Of a stretch of 64,000 nucleotides of DNA, positions 26,291 to 38,073 are shown piece after piece (the stretch's first letter is position 1; each line of letters starts with the position of its first letter). The stretch comes from Candidatus Babeliales bacterium. GTDB taxonomy: Bacteria; Babelota; Babeliae; Babelales; JACPOV01. The notes under the pieces are model-generated. The model saw only the letters and a program-made list of their open reading frames with translations, was not told where the DNA came from and made no database searches. The stretch lies in contig JBFWNW010000004.1 in assembly GCA_050250855.1 (NCBI GenBank), positions 32,001 to 96,000 of the forward strand, given 5' to 3'. The position numbers were made by a program, and so were the translations under genes.

Positions 26291-28345
26291 TTATTGAGCC
26301 CAATTTTTTTCTATTCCCTTTTTTAATAAAGAAACAACCACCTCTGTTTGGAGCGGGCTGCTCTCTACATTCCCATCCCAGGGTTCTTTGCGAGGCTCTT
26401 CAAGGCGTGAAATTCTGTTAAACCAAATGCCGTCATGCAAGCGCCAAAGATCACTAATTTTATGCACATCACTTTCTTGCTGTAGTTTAGAAAGTAGCAG
26501 GACAGGCAGCGAAATAAGATGAATATTATTGTTGGCCAACTGAGTGTAGTATCGGTAAAATTCGTTATTAAATGTAGCCATAATAACCGGTTCGTGTGCA
26601 GAACTAAGACCCGCCAAAATACCTTGATAAAACCAGTTGTGCGGTAAATTAATATTGTAAGCAGCAATAATACCGCCTGGTAGGATCGTATTAATCTGTT
26701 TTTTTATGAAAGTGCCAAGCTTGCGCGCTTGTTGCTGTAACGCTCCAAAATATTCGTCCATAAGTTTGTGCCGCATCAAGAAGCTGGTGCGTTCTTTGGT
26801 TGTTTTGAGTGTGAGCGCTTCTGGTTTGTTGGTAACTCTGCAATAACGGCTCCAAGATGTATCTGAAAAATCCATAAATTCGGTAAACTGTCCTGTTTGA
26901 TCTTGTGCATGATACATTTCAAAATCAAAAAAGATGCCAGCAAGCGGTAAACCGCTACCAAGTGAACTTTGCCATGCAGTAACAAACTCTTTGAGTACGT
27001 CAAACAGCTCTGGCTTCCAAAATCCTTTAACATCAAAAGGGTTTGGTACTTTATTGTAGACGTTTCCATACATATCAGTTGCAGGATCGTGAGGGCGGTG
27101 TGTCGCTAAATTTCCCGTCAGTTCCATGCCAACAAAAAGCTTTGGCACAGGGAGTTTAAGCTCTGCTGCTTTTGTACGTAAAGAACTGGTGAACTTTTTA
27201 ATGTCGCTAAAAAGTTCTTCCTTTTTTTCCTTGTTGACAGCTTTGGTGCTTAGATACGTTTCAGGATTGAGTTGCAGCCAGAGCATATTCATACCAGATT
27301 TTAGCAAGTGCTCAATTGCTTTGTCGTTATCAACGTATGGCGGAATACCCAGCCAACCGCACGCAACTCCTTTTTTTGTCCAATTATATGGTGGTGCCAT
27401 TATGTTACGCTGATCGTGCACCGTGTTTCTAAGTTTGGCAAAAGATTGAGCAAGGAGTGCTACAGGAACAGCTTTTTTTTCAGTAGGTTTTAGATTTCCG
27501 GTTGCGCTTGCTTGTGCACATTCATGCATAAATGCTTGGAGCCCTTCAAGAAGTGCGGTGCGCAAACGCAAATCTACAGGATTATACACAAAAGGATCTT
27601 TAATATCAGCAAACGTGACCGCATTGTTGGTTGTTATGAAAAATTGGTTGCCCGTAGCGCGATTTTTAATATAAAAACCGAGAGGATAGATTGGCCTGAG
27701 TGCGCTATCAAACATGCAATTTTGTAAGGGAAGTCCCGTTGCAACAAGTTCATTATTTTTTTTATAAAGCGGTTTGAGCTCAGTGAGTGCTGCCTCTTGT
27801 TTAGTATACGATGCGGGGAGCATAGAAGTATCATAAAGTCTACTTTTGCTTGCATCAGACTTGACCATATGCTGCAAGCCTTGCTTTAAAAAGGTATCAA
27901 AATCAGAAGACATGACCCGTTTTTCTTGTATGCCAAGGCGCCGTAACAGGTGGTGTGCAAGAGAAAAAGTTCCTATCGGATTTGCACCATGCGGCAAAAG
28001 AAGCATGATCGTTTTATTTTTTTGATCGCGAATTTTTTCAAAAAGTGTGAAAACATGCTGTAAAATTGGATTTTTTATGCTATGCTTATTGCTAAGTTCA
28101 CGCGCTAGAGCATGAAACATTGAGTTATCAAGTGCAATAATAATAGTTTGATACTGCTCAATATCGGGCGATTCTAGGTGATAAAAATGATGATACGTTG
28201 GGCGCAAGCCTGCTTGGCGCGCAAACGTCATGAGCGTGTGGTAAACGGAGGGGTTCTGATTGCCAGTATCAAGAATTAACAGATTGTTGGATGCTGCGCT
28301 ACTCACAAAAAAAGTACAGAGCATTAATGATAGAATGATTTTCAT
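26291..28345 (-). CDS. Large secreted hypothetical protein; possible C-terminal glycoside-hydrolase-like barrel
   Basis: 684-aa ORF with signal peptide; GIFFDFEMYH and GMNMLWL segments are only suggestive. Confidence 0.7.
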   Translation of the reverse strand: MKIILSLMLCTFFVSSAASNNLLILDTGNQNPSVYHTLMTFARQAGLRPTYHHFYHLESPDIEQYQTIIIALDNSMFHALARELSNKHSIKNPILQHVFTLFEKIRDQKNKTIMLLLPHGANPIGTFSLAHHLLRRLGIQEKRVMSSDFDTFLKQGLQHMVKSDASKSRLYDTSMLPASYTKQEAALTELKPLYKKNNELVATGLPLQNCMFDSALRPIYPLGFYIKNRATGNQFFITTNNAVTFADIKDPFVYNPVDLRLRTALLEGLQAFMHECAQASATGNLKPTEKKAVPVALLAQSFAKLRNTVHDQRNIMAPPYNWTKKGVACGWLGIPPYVDNDKAIEHLLKSGMNMLWLQLNPETYLSTKAVNKEKKEELFSDIKKFTSSLRTKAAELKLPVPKLFVGMELTGNLATHRPHDPATDMYGNVYNKVPNPFDVKGFWKPELFDVLKEFVTAWQSSLGSGLPLAGIFFDFEMYHAQDQTGQFTEFMDFSDTSWSRYCRVTNKPEALTLKTTKERTSFLMRHKLMDEYFGALQQQARKLGTFIKKQINTILPGGIIAAYNINLPHNWFYQGILAGLSSAHEPVIMATFNNEFYRYYTQLANNNIHLISLPVLLLSKLQQESDVHKISDLWRLHDGIWFNRISRLEEPRKEPWDGNVESSPLQTEVVVSLLKKGIEKNWAQ

Positions 28346-28458
28346 ACCGTGTCTTTCCTTATTTTTATCTTTAAAGACACTATAGTATAATAATCATTAA
28401 CCAAGCAAGTTGTTTTTTGGCAAAGAAATATATGCAGTATTTTGTAGAAGGATCGATT

Positions 28459-29376
28459 ATGAAAAAATTATTAATGGTGATGTTTTTTAGCCTACCAGTC
28501 GGTACAAGTTGGGGGATGGAAACTGAGAAGCCAAAAACACAAACCAATTTCACTCAACGTACTAAGAAAAATACTAGTACTTCAACGTCTCAAAAAGCCA
28601 TTACACCACGACATTTAGCTCAATTGGCAGAATTTGAAGTAGCTAAAGAAAATGCTCTCATGACAGAACGAAATAAACTCACCAATATGCATAATAGAAT
28701 TTATAATCATAGCATGCATGGTATGGATGATGGAATTGCTAAATTTTTTTCACAGATGCCACCAGTAATAGTTTTTGAGGGTTATAACCGTGCTTTTAAT
28801 TCTGATTATCAGCTAAAAAAGTCTTTAGAGCATAATAATATTACTGCCAAAGCTCAAAAAGATGTATTAAGTGCTTTAGATGGAAGAAAATCTTCTTATA
28901 TTGAACAGGAAAATGGGCAAGGGGTTGAAGCTCCAGAGTTAGCTGGACTTAGAAAATTGGTAGAAGAGGAGTGTTCTAATGAATTCAAAAAAAAATCGAT
29001 GCTAGGAACATTAGATGCTATTGATGAAATTATTCATAGTACCAAATTTTATGCTCAACAAAATCCGCAGCAAATGAAAGAAAAATTAGCAGCATTTAAT
29101 TATATGTTACAAGTAGATCTTCCTGTTCTAGAGAAATCTAAAGAGAAAGCAACATTTATTGATGATCTTGAGAATACAGTAAAAAAGTTATATGCATTGG
29201 TTACAAAAGCTCCTACTAGTTTTGAAAAATTCACAAATGAAGTAGAAAATGGAAAGGCTCTTCCTTTGGCAGTTATAGGAACTGCAGTAGGGGTGGGCAC
29301 TTTGTGTGTAGGTAAAATGATTTATGATGCAGTTACTACTTCTGTTGAAGTTGCTATTGCTGCCACTGAAGGCTAA
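28459..29376 (+). CDS. Secreted hypothetical protein with C-terminal hydrophobic segment
   Basis: AAGGA before ATG 28459; SWG|MET; LAVIGTAVGVGTLCVG. Confidence 0.75.
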   Translation: MKKLLMVMFFSLPVGTSWGMETEKPKTQTNFTQRTKKNTSTSTSQKAITPRHLAQLAEFEVAKENALMTERNKLTNMHNRIYNHSMHGMDDGIAKFFSQMPPVIVFEGYNRAFNSDYQLKKSLEHNNITAKAQKDVLSALDGRKSSYIEQENGQGVEAPELAGLRKLVEEECSNEFKKKSMLGTLDAIDEIIHSTKFYAQQNPQQMKEKLAAFNYMLQVDLPVLEKSKEKATFIDDLENTVKKLYALVTKAPTSFEKFTNEVENGKALPLAVIGTAVGVGTLCVGKMIYDAVTTSVEVAIAATEG

Positions 29377-29378
29377 TC

Positions 29379-30125
29379 TTACCAATATTTTTTGATAAAA
29401 AGTGTATGCGCTGCTTGCAATAACAGCAGCGCATAGCAAAATGCATATAAACTGCCATACAAAAGCTGCGCCATAGCTAAAGGTAGCTGATGCACTACAG
29501 CATTTTTTATGTCAATTAAAGCAAGATCAGGAAAACAGTAATACAGTGCTGTGCCAAATACATAAAAAATTCCTTCTTTGTGTGCAAGAAGCTCGTACCA
29601 CGTATGATTTGTGTAAGCGATTGCATAAAAACTAAACGTTGCAAGGTATGCCATATTTACGGAAAGCAGTAAAGAAAAAAAGAAAGCAGCAGCAAGAAGC
29701 ACCATACATTCAAGCCCAATTCCAATAAAACCTGGTAGTATATGCCAGAACCATTGATCAGTCAGATAATACAGTACAACTACTGATACGCCATAAAATA
29801 CAACTACAGCACTGCCCAGTGCACTAAAAAAGCCGGTAACGGTTTGCCAAAAAAAAGATGAGCGTGAGGTAGTGCATAAAAAAAAGTCATAACTTTGATA
29901 GAGCTTTTGTTTTTCAAAATAAGGAATGGCGTATAAAAAGATTAAGCAAAAACAAAAGATCTGCAGAGCAAAAAAAAGAACATCAACTAAAACTTTTTCA
30001 TAACTTCCTAAAGCACTAAGGGCTGCCGTGTTTCCCACACTGACGCAGCCCAGCATTATGAGCGCAGCAAGCTGTATGATGTTATGCGCATACAGCTGCT
30101 GTAGCGTAAAAATTAATACGGTCAC
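29379..30125 (-). CDS. ABC-2 type permease-like membrane protein
   Basis: About six TM segments, SRSSFF, YYCFPDL; probable GTG start in GTGA overlap with upstream stop. Confidence 0.7.
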   Translation of the reverse strand: MTVLIFTLQQLYAHNIIQLAALIMLGCVSVGNTAALSALGSYEKVLVDVLFFALQIFCFCLIFLYAIPYFEKQKLYQSYDFFLCTTSRSSFFWQTVTGFFSALGSAVVVFYGVSVVVLYYLTDQWFWHILPGFIGIGLECMVLLAAAFFFSLLLSVNMAYLATFSFYAIAYTNHTWYELLAHKEGIFYVFGTALYYCFPDLALIDIKNAVVHQLPLAMAQLLYGSLYAFCYALLLLQAAHTLFIKKYW

Positions 30126-30604
30126 GAAGCAACAACAGGAGGATTCGTAGAATACGTAGTGCCGCCTGGATTTTCCAAAATAGCAGGAATTATTCCTTGC
30201 TTGCATAATGAATGAATAAGAAGGCGCACAAAATTATCAAGCTGTGCTTGCGTAGGGTTTCCGCGTTTAGTTAGTTCATTCGCTATGTTGAGGATGCTAT
30301 CCACCATGCAGGTAGCGTTGAGTGTAATGTTTGCTTTATTATGACGGTCAATTAAAATTTTGCTAAAGCTTGCTAAAATACGCATAAATTGTCTGAAAAT
30401 AGCAATATCTGTTTTACGTTCTTCATTACTTTCTAGCGTATCTTCTTGAGCAGTAGAAGTGCTTTTTAAGATTGCAACTAGTTCTTCAGAAAGAGAAAGC
30501 GTTGCCATAAGATTTTCAGCCGTTAGATCAGTTTCTTGCTCAGTAGCATGTATATTCGAATTCATACCTGCTACTAAAAGGCCTATACATAACATTCGTT
30601 TCAT
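30122..30604 (-). CDS. Secreted hypothetical protein
   Basis: AAGGAG RBS; signal ...IHA|TE. Confidence 0.75.
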   Translation of the reverse strand: MKRMLCIGLLVAGMNSNIHATEQETDLTAENLMATLSLSEELVAILKSTSTAQEDTLESNEERKTDIAIFRQFMRILASFSKILIDRHNKANITLNATCMVDSILNIANELTKRGNPTQAQLDNFVRLLIHSLCKQGIIPAILENPGGTTYSTNPPVVAS

Positions 30605-30622
30605 AGAGACTCCTTTTTTTTA

Positions 30623-30673
30623 CGTTCGCGTATTCCCTTCGACTCACTTTGTTCGCTCAGGGAGACCGAATAC
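30623..30673. repeat. Single degenerate REP-like unit, family A
   Basis: cccttcgac-tcactttgttc-gctcaggg. Confidence 0.6.
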
Positions 30674-30709
30674 AATTAAAAAAAGTCTAAAAACCTAAAC
30701 CTTGTCAGG

Positions 30710-32005
30710 TCAAGAGATTACTGGTTCTTTTATAATGCGCACCTGAGAAACTCGTTTAGGGCTTGCTTGTTGCACTAAGAATTTATACTGTTTATAAATA
30801 ACTTCCTGGCCTTTTTGAGGAAGATGTTGCAGTTGTTCTGTTAAAAAACCTGCAATAGAGACAGCATCTTCTACTTCAAAAGTTATGCCAAGTAATTTGC
30901 TTAATGAATCAAGATCGATACTGCCATCAACAAGCCAATCCCCTTCACGCAAGGTAATTATTTTTTCTGGAACTGCTTCGTATTCATCACGAATTTCACC
31001 AACAATTTCTTCCAGAATATCTTCAAGCGTTACCAGGCCCATGATAATGCCATGTTCATTCAGTACAATAGCAATATGCATGCCTTTTTGACGAAATTCA
31101 CGTAATAATTGATTGATTTTCATGCTTTCTGGTACAAATAAGATGGGTCTTACTATTGATTCCAGGGGTTTTTCCTCATGTTTTGCCATGAGATTAAAAA
31201 TATCTTTTTGTAAAACCATACCAATAATATTATCTTTATTGCTTAAATAAACTGGCAAGCGAGAATATTGATATTTGCAAAACGTATCAAACGATTCTTC
31301 TATAGTATCTGTTGCATTAAGCAGAATAATATCAACAGCAGGTACCATAATTTCTTTAACTTGCTTAATTCCTAACTTGAAGACACTTTGTAACATTTCT
31401 GTTTTTTCTCGCTCCATGAGTCCTTTTTCATTGATGTAATCAATTAAAAAGCGAATTTCATGTTCAGTAACAAGCGATTCTGTTCCATGTGCTGGCCCAC
31501 CAAGTAGACGAATAACCGCGCTTGAAATGGAAACAAGAATTTTGACAAAAGGATACAAAAGATAAAAAGTAATGTTTGTTAGCCATAGTGTTGATCTAAA
31601 CAAACGTTCACCATGAACCTTTGCAATATTTTTAGGGATAACTTCACCAAAAATTAAAATTGCAATGGTACCAAAAGCGATACCCAAAGAGAATCCTAAG
31701 CCACCCGAAAAATGCAATCGAGCAAAAATGGTTTCCATAATATTGGTAATCAATGCTGCAGCACTAACGTTAGCAACACTATTAGCAATAAGCATGGTTA
31801 CCAGTACTTGCTGAGGATGCTCTTCTAGTGTTTTAAAAAGCTCTTTGTAACGAGATGTGGTTGATGCAAGTTCTTTAAGTTTAAAAAGACGTAATGCAGT
31901 AATGCTCGTTTCTAAGAAGGAAAAGAGTGCACAGCCAAGGAGTGCAATGAAAAATGCTATTACTTGTGGATATAAAAAACCTTGTAATAGGGCGTTTGGT
32001 TCCAT
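30710..32005 (-). CDS. HlyC/CorC (CNNM + CBS pair + CorC) family protein
   Basis: FSFLETSI, FGEVIPK, YSRLPV, GLVTLEDILEEIVGEIRDE. Confidence 0.95.
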   Translation of the reverse strand: MEPNALLQGFLYPQVIAFFIALLGCALFSFLETSITALRLFKLKELASTTSRYKELFKTLEEHPQQVLVTMLIANSVANVSAAALITNIMETIFARLHFSGGLGFSLGIAFGTIAILIFGEVIPKNIAKVHGERLFRSTLWLTNITFYLLYPFVKILVSISSAVIRLLGGPAHGTESLVTEHEIRFLIDYINEKGLMEREKTEMLQSVFKLGIKQVKEIMVPAVDIILLNATDTIEESFDTFCKYQYSRLPVYLSNKDNIIGMVLQKDIFNLMAKHEEKPLESIVRPILFVPESMKINQLLREFRQKGMHIAIVLNEHGIIMGLVTLEDILEEIVGEIRDEYEAVPEKIITLREGDWLVDGSIDLDSLSKLLGITFEVEDAVSIAGFLTEQLQHLPQKGQEVIYKQYKFLVQQASPKRVSQVRIIKEPVIS

Positions 32006-32039
32006 AATAAATTCTCTCTCTCAATTTTTAAGGAAACTA

Positions 32040-34001
32040 TTAATCTTCATCCTCTTCATCATCAATATCAGTTACCATTACATCAAACTCTTTATCAAAG
32101 AATGATTCAAGTTTTTTACTACGAGAAGGGTGGCGAAGTTTACGTAATGCTTTAACTTCAATCTGGCGAATACGCTCACGCGTAACAGAAAAGTCTTTAC
32201 CAACTTCTTCCAACGTATGTTCTGAGGCAACATCAATGCCAAAACGCATTTTAAGTACTTTTTCTTCTCGTGGTGTTAAGCTTTTCAAGACTTCACGAAC
32301 ACGTTCTTTTAAGTCGTTGCTTGCAACAGTATCTGCTGGAGAAAAATCATTTTCATTTTCAATAAAATCTTTAATATATGCATCTTCACTATCGCCAACC
32401 GGTGTTTCAAGAGAAATGGGTTCTTTAGAAATTTTAATAATATTTTTGATTTTTTTCTCATCAATATTAAGTTCTTTTGCCAACTCTGCATGGCTTGGTT
32501 CTCGACCATGTTCTTGCACAAAGGTACGTTTAATTTTATTAATTTTATTGAGCGTTTCAACCATATGCACCGGTACACGAATAGTGCGTGATTGGTCTGC
32601 TATAGCACGCGTAATTGCTTGACGAATCCACCAGGTAGCATAGGTAGAGAATTTATAACCACGCTCGAACTCAAACTTTTCAACGGCTTTCATGAGCCCA
32701 ATATTACCTTCTTGAATAAGATCAAGAAAGTGAAGACCTTTATTAATATATTTTTTTGCGTTGTTTACTACCAAGCGTAAGTTTGCTTTAGCAAGGTCGT
32801 CTTTTGCTTTCTTATCTTTAACAAGGCCTACGTGGAGCTTTGCATAATGTTTTTTTATTTGATCAAGAGGAAGTCCAAGCTCATTTTCAATCTTTTTAAG
32901 TAGCTTTTGATCAGCACGTATAGTACGCAACAACTCCTCCTTTTCTGCCAGTTGTTCAGCAGTAGGATTTTTAAGGTCTTCAAGATATTTTAATTTAGCC
33001 TCAAGGCGTTCAAGGGCATAAATCTTTTCATTAATTTTTTGTACACCTTTTTCTATGCGCTTTGCAAGCTTTTTAATGAGTTTATTAGAAAGCTTTATAG
33101 ATTGTATGGTATTACAAATTTCTTCTTTGTTTTTCTTTACTTTATTAAGCATCTCGGTTTTCTTTTCTTGAGAATCAAGTTTACCGCGATAGCTTAAATA
33201 AATTTTCTCTTCATTTTCTATTAAGTTCTTAATATCATTAATTGTTTTAAGAAGTGCCTTTTTTTCTTCTTCTACTTTAGGTAAGTTTTCTTGGTCAAAT
33301 TCAGAAAACTGAATGACATCTTTTAAAGGAAGTGTATTTTTTTGTAATTTTTCACCGACTGTTACAAACTCTTTATGGATAAAGGGAAAGCGAGAAAGTG
33401 CTTCAATGGCTTCTTTTTTACCTTCAGCAATTTGCTCAGCAATAACGGTTTCAGTTTTTTTATTCAAGAGAGGAATTTTACCAATTTCACGCAAATAAAC
33501 CTTAACGCCATCTGTTAATTGAGCGCTGGCAGCGGTTTCTTTAATGACATTCTCTTTGTTTTCTTCATCTTCTGCTTCATCTTCATTTTCTTCTTCTTCT
33601 TCGCTATCACTATCAAAATCTAGGCTTTCAAACTGAGGTTTTGATCCTTTGCGATCTTCTTCTTTATCATAATTAAGATCCGAGCCATCTTCTAAATCTT
33701 TTTCAGTAATAAGCTCAATGCCTTCTTTTTCTAAAGTACGCAGAAGTTCAGTTACTTCTTTTTCTATTAAATGGTAGCGTTGTGAAAATTCTATAATTTC
33801 TTCATACGTAACTAAGCCGCTTCGCTGTCCTTTTTCTATGAAGGATTTAAATATTTCAGCTTTAAAATCAGCATCACTTTTTGCTTTTGCCTCAGATCCT
33901 TGAGGAGCAGCTTTTTCTATTTTTGCAGAAGATTCTTTTTTTTCTACTTTTGGCTTTTTGCCCGTAATTTTTTCTTGTATATTTTTTATAAGCTTTTTCA
34001 T
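32040..34001 (-). CDS. rpoD: Primary sigma factor sigma70
   Basis: [47 protein letters not shown]. Confidence 0.97.
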   Translation of the reverse strand: MKKLIKNIQEKITGKKPKVEKKESSAKIEKAAPQGSEAKAKSDADFKAEIFKSFIEKGQRSGLVTYEEIIEFSQRYHLIEKEVTELLRTLEKEGIELITEKDLEDGSDLNYDKEEDRKGSKPQFESLDFDSDSEEEEENEDEAEDEENKENVIKETAASAQLTDGVKVYLREIGKIPLLNKKTETVIAEQIAEGKKEAIEALSRFPFIHKEFVTVGEKLQKNTLPLKDVIQFSEFDQENLPKVEEEKKALLKTINDIKNLIENEEKIYLSYRGKLDSQEKKTEMLNKVKKNKEEICNTIQSIKLSNKLIKKLAKRIEKGVQKINEKIYALERLEAKLKYLEDLKNPTAEQLAEKEELLRTIRADQKLLKKIENELGLPLDQIKKHYAKLHVGLVKDKKAKDDLAKANLRLVVNNAKKYINKGLHFLDLIQEGNIGLMKAVEKFEFERGYKFSTYATWWIRQAITRAIADQSRTIRVPVHMVETLNKINKIKRTFVQEHGREPSHAELAKELNIDEKKIKNIIKISKEPISLETPVGDSEDAYIKDFIENENDFSPADTVASNDLKERVREVLKSLTPREEKVLKMRFGIDVASEHTLEEVGKDFSVTRERIRQIEVKALRKLRHPSRSKKLESFFDKEFDVMVTDIDDEEDED

Positions 34002-35788
34002 ATAAGTCCCTTACCTATTAATTTCTCTTTTAACTGTTTAAAATGCTCCAGCTGTTTTTGAATGCTTTCCAGATCACCTTTCTGCTGAGCAAGTTCTAAT
34101 TTTTTCTTGGTATCAGCAACAAAATTTTTCCACGTTCTTTTTTGAAATTCTGCCAGAAGATAGTCTAAATTTTCACTATTTTCATACTCTTGGCATTCCA
34201 AAATAAGATTGCTGATCAATCGTTTTTCAGGCTCATGAAGGAAATCAAAAAACTGCATAAAATCAAAAGGGGAATCTCTATCTGGCGATTCTGTCTTTTT
34301 TAATACATCTTTTAATGGAGAACTCAGATATTCTACTAGATATTCCCTATCTGCAGGCTGCAGCAATTCCATGTTATTTATTATAACAGAAAATAATTTT
34401 TTTTCCAGTAAAGGGATTTCTTTCAAGATCGTGACAGAGGAGGATTCCTCTGGAGAAACCTCGTTTAGAGGGGCTTTTTTGCTGATCTCAGCAGAAGGCT
34501 TTTTAAGGCGATACAGCTCTTTCTTAAGAGTGCCGAAGGGAACGTCCAAGGATTGAGCCGCCTTGGAAAGTAAAAGCTCCTGTTTGAGCGGGTCGGCTAT
34601 TTTTTGGATGGTTTCAAGCAGTGAGCGGACGATACCAACTTTTTCTTGAAGGCTTTTTTGCTTGAAATCATGCGCCATAGATTCAAGCCAGAACATAAAG
34701 ATATCCTTTGCTTGCTTTATCAAAAGGGCTAAATCTCCTTGTTTTTCGATAAATGATGCAGGGTCTTCCCCTCTAGGAAGCTCAATAACAGAAAGTTCTA
34801 AATCTACAAGCCAGCAGAGTTCTGTCAGACGAAGTACTGCCTGAATACCTGCTTTATCGCTATCATAAAGAATAAATAACTTTTGTGCATAGCGAGAAAG
34901 GAGCTTTAAATGCTCTTGGGTGCAGGCAGTTCCGAGTGTGGCAACGGTATTTTCAAAGCCTTCTTGTACCATGGCAAGGCAGTCAGTATATCCTTCTACC
35001 AAGAAAACGGTGCCCTCGTGTTGAATAGGCACTTTTGCTCGGTCAAGACCAAACAGCAGGGATCCTTTAGCAAAAAAATCATTTTCTTTTGAGTTGTAAT
35101 ACTTAGGGCGTTCATCATCTTTTTTAAAGATTCTACCGCCAAAACCACAGAAGCGGCCCAGGTGATCTTGAATAGGAAAAAAGACGCGATCTTCAAAAGG
35201 GGAATAAAGGACTGATTTGCCTTGGGCAAGGATATTGGCTTGTAAAAGATCTTCAACTAAAAAATGTTCTTTGCCAACAAATGCAATGAGCGATTTGAGT
35301 GCCGGCTGACCACTGGGGAAATACCCGAGCTTAAAGCTTTCTATAGTTTTTTGGTTGATTGATCGCTGTGAAAAGTAGCGTAAGATTACCGGTGATTTTA
35401 ATAAATTTTCATGGCACCATTGCGCAACAAGTGAGCAAAGTTTATGGTAGCGCTTTTTCTTATCAGGTGCATCTTTGGGGCCTTCTTGGTGCTGCAACGA
35501 TTTTAATTCTTCCGGAATTGTTAACTGATAGCGTTCTGCTAAAAATTCGGCAGCTTCTAGGGCAGAACAGTTTTCCACTTTTTCTATAAAAGAAATAACG
35601 TCACCGCCACTGTGGCAGCCAAAGCAGTAAAAAATTTCCTTATGAGGACTTACGGTAAAGGAGGCAGTTTTTTCTTGGTGAAAAGGACATACCCCTTTGT
35701 AATAAAGACCAGCCTTCTTGAGCGTAGCGTATTCACCAACCACGGTTAAAATGGAAAGGTTTTGTTTAATAAAACTAAAAAGATTCAT
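33998..35788 (-). CDS. dnaG: DNA primase
   Basis: CPFH..CFGC zinc ribbon, KYYNS, EGYTD, YDSDKAG, DP; coupled to rpoD. Confidence 0.97.
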   Translation of the reverse strand: MNLFSFIKQNLSILTVVGEYATLKKAGLYYKGVCPFHQEKTASFTVSPHKEIFYCFGCHSGGDVISFIEKVENCSALEAAEFLAERYQLTIPEELKSLQHQEGPKDAPDKKKRYHKLCSLVAQWCHENLLKSPVILRYFSQRSINQKTIESFKLGYFPSGQPALKSLIAFVGKEHFLVEDLLQANILAQGKSVLYSPFEDRVFFPIQDHLGRFCGFGGRIFKKDDERPKYYNSKENDFFAKGSLLFGLDRAKVPIQHEGTVFLVEGYTDCLAMVQEGFENTVATLGTACTQEHLKLLSRYAQKLFILYDSDKAGIQAVLRLTELCWLVDLELSVIELPRGEDPASFIEKQGDLALLIKQAKDIFMFWLESMAHDFKQKSLQEKVGIVRSLLETIQKIADPLKQELLLSKAAQSLDVPFGTLKKELYRLKKPSAEISKKAPLNEVSPEESSSVTILKEIPLLEKKLFSVIINNMELLQPADREYLVEYLSSPLKDVLKKTESPDRDSPFDFMQFFDFLHEPEKRLISNLILECQEYENSENLDYLLAEFQKRTWKNFVADTKKKLELAQQKGDLESIQKQLEHFKQLKEKLIGKGLI

Positions 35789-36560
35789 GCGTTTTGGTAG
35801 CGTAAGAAAGTACGAAAAGTCCGATGCAGCTGCTGACCATAAGCGCTAACGCAATCCACTGATTTATAGCAAGCAGAGAATATGGCGCCATTCCAAAAAA
35901 CTGCTGATCGCCGCGTAAAAAATCTATAAAAAAGCGTTCTGAGCTTGCCAACAGTAAATAGATGCATAAGAGGTACCCTGGTTTTTGAAAAAAATTTTGT
36001 ACTTTATAGAGTAGCAGAAAGAGCAAAAAAAGAAACAATGCGCTGTATAGTTGCGTTGGATGCAGTGGAATGTGCCGCGGTGCTACGATATCAGGGTGCC
36101 AGTACGTAATAGCAAAAAAGAGCTTTGTTGGTTTGCCATAGCAACAACCTGCCAAAAAGCAGCCAATCCGAGAAACGCTATGCAAAAGGGGAGCATACAA
36201 TGCAGCTATATCAAGTACAGCAAGTAATGAAAGGTTATAGTGATGCACAAAGAAAGGCATCATGCATAAAATTCCTATAATGCAACCCAATACAGAACCA
36301 CCACCTTGCCATACTGCGAGCATTTGCCATAAAGAGGTGTACTGTTGCCAATTGGTGAGTACAAAAAGAGCTCGGGCGCCAGCAAGGCCTGCCACAATGC
36401 TACACATAATGAGTGTTGAAAATTGATCTGGGGTTATATGCTGTTGGGCTTGTTTGTTTTTGCCAAAAAGCCATGCAACAAGCACGATGCCTAGAGCAAT
36501 GCAAAGTCCATAACTATTGATGGAGAACTGTCCGTAAATAGGCAAAATTTTTGGTATCAT
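35775..36560 (-). CDS. lgt: Prolipoprotein diacylglyceryl transferase
   Basis: YG, GAR, WQGG, RIGCFLAGCCYG, HPTQLY, RFFIDFLR. Confidence 0.93.
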   Translation of the reverse strand: MIPKILPIYGQFSINSYGLCIALGIVLVAWLFGKNKQAQQHITPDQFSTLIMCSIVAGLAGARALFVLTNWQQYTSLWQMLAVWQGGGSVLGCIIGILCMMPFFVHHYNLSLLAVLDIAALYAPLLHSVSRIGCFLAGCCYGKPTKLFFAITYWHPDIVAPRHIPLHPTQLYSALFLFLLFLLLYKVQNFFQKPGYLLCIYLLLASSERFFIDFLRGDQQFFGMAPYSLLAINQWIALALMVSSCIGLFVLSYATKTHESF

Positions 36561-36568
36561 AAAAATAT

Positions 36569-37108
36569 TTAGTGCTCTCGTGTATACGATGATTCAGCTA
36601 CGCATACCCTTTTTGCATTTTCAAGGGTAATGCGATAATCATCATCCCACGAAAAGTCGATAGCAAGCTCTTGTTTTTCTTCCGGTACTTCAAACTCAAG
36701 CTCTCTCTTTTCATGATGCCATGTTTTACCAAATTTATGAAGCTTCCATTCATACTGTACTCTAATTTTTTTATCATTCGTGCAAATGGTGGGAGCATGC
36801 AGTTTTGCTCTGCCTTTTACGAGTGTTAAATACGGTTCATTATTGACCAATATTTTAAAATCTGAAGGATACGGTTTGTACCAGTGATGCTGATACGTTA
36901 TTGTTTTGTCAGTAATTTTGTTTTGTAAGGTAATAGTTTTTGGCAAACTGATTTTTTTATTTTCTGTAGTTGTTGTTGTGGAGAGTGATAGTTCTTGTGG
37001 TAGCACGCTGCTAGCGCTATTTTTTTTATTATCGCTAGGTTCTTTACTTTCAGGTACATTTGATGCAGAGAGCGAAATGGTAATAAGGAACACAACATAT
37101 TTTTTCAT
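36569..37108 (-). CDS. Secreted hypothetical protein
   Basis: Short signal-like leader; 179 aa. Confidence 0.7.
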   Translation of the reverse strand: MKKYVVFLITISLSASNVPESKEPSDNKKNSASSVLPQELSLSTTTTTENKKISLPKTITLQNKITDKTITYQHHWYKPYPSDFKILVNNEPYLTLVKGRAKLHAPTICTNDKKIRVQYEWKLHKFGKTWHHEKRELEFEVPEEKQELAIDFSWDDDYRITLENAKRVCVAESSYTREH

Positions 37109-37112
37109 AATA

Positions 37113-37499
37113 CTACTTTGCTAATTTTACATTAAACGTGAAGAAATACAGGGCAGCCCATAAACCAAGTATATAAGTTTTAACATGATACCTATTATAT
37201 CTATTTTGTACATGAGTATTATATAAAATTCCTTTCTCAGGATCTTTGCCATGTTTAATAGTAAGCTCTATAACTTCAGTGCCAAACTCTAAACCAAAAG
37301 AAAGTGGATGCTCAAGTACAAGGGTGACTTTTTCAAAATCAGCAGATTTTTTATGATCATATCCTTTTATAATGTAAGGAATTCCTTCATAAACAAATTC
37401 CTGCCCGACATGAAATTGTCGCGGTAGTATAATATGTTTTTCTGATTGTATGAGTGTAGTAGTGAGCATGAGCATGCCCATTAAAAAAAGTTTTTTCAT
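37113..37499 (-). CDS. Secreted/membrane hypothetical protein
   Basis: AAGGA RBS; signal peptide; C-terminal hydrophobic segment. Confidence 0.7.
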   Translation of the reverse strand: MKKLFLMGMLMLTTTLIQSEKHIILPRQFHVGQEFVYEGIPYIIKGYDHKKSADFEKVTLVLEHPLSFGLEFGTEVIELTIKHGKDPEKGILYNTHVQNRYNRYHVKTYILGLWAALYFFTFNVKLAK

Positions 37500-37646
37500 A
37501 CCAATCCTTTTTTATTTTGGTAGACCCAGTTTTTTTTGTAAGGTGATTGTACTACGTTTAGTATACAAAAAACAATATACCGATTTTTAATGAAAAAATA
37601 AAAGAGAGTGTCCTTGTGTATCTTTAAAAATAAAAAGGGAGATTTT

Positions 37647-38060
37647 ATGATAGATACAAACAGAGTAATGATTATTCTATTATTTTTTACCTCCTACATC
37701 TTTGCTTCTCAGATGGCAAGAGAGAGCCAGTGGCAGAGGATTTTGACAAAAAAACCTAGCGAAAAAGATACAGCTTTGTACTATTTTACTCCGCAAGACA
37801 TGCAAGAATTAAGTGCAACAGGTATTAGTTACCTTGTTAATGAAGATTATGAAATGTATAAATCATTTTTGTTGAAAGATGGTTACCAGTTTGCAGCAAG
37901 CAAAACACAACAAGGCCTTTTTAAAGCCTGGTGCATAAAAAGATTTAAAAAGGAAGATGAAGAAGGGGTTGTGAAATTTCTTTATCTTTGGGTTGATATT
38001 GCTAATGATGCGCAGGGCGTTTATAATTTACTTGAAGGTTTTAAACAAAAAAAACAGTAA
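37647..38060 (+). CDS. Secreted hypothetical protein
   Basis: GGGAG before ATG 37647; hydrophobic leader ...IFA. Confidence 0.65.
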   Translation: MIDTNRVMIILLFFTSYIFASQMARESQWQRILTKKPSEKDTALYYFTPQDMQELSATGISYLVNEDYEMYKSFLLKDGYQFAASKTQQGLFKAWCIKRFKKEDEEGVVKFLYLWVDIANDAQGVYNLLEGFKQKKQ

Positions 38061-38073
38061 AAGGAAAGTATTA

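Noticed and set aside
28396..29412. Possible decayed duplication of the permease 3' end flanking ORF 28459
   Set aside because: Only a short gapped AT-rich similarity; not distinguishable from chance.
30126..30206. N-terminal extension of the permease ORF in the ORF track
   Set aside because: It overlaps the upstream gene; a GTGA-coupled start at 30125 is more plausible.
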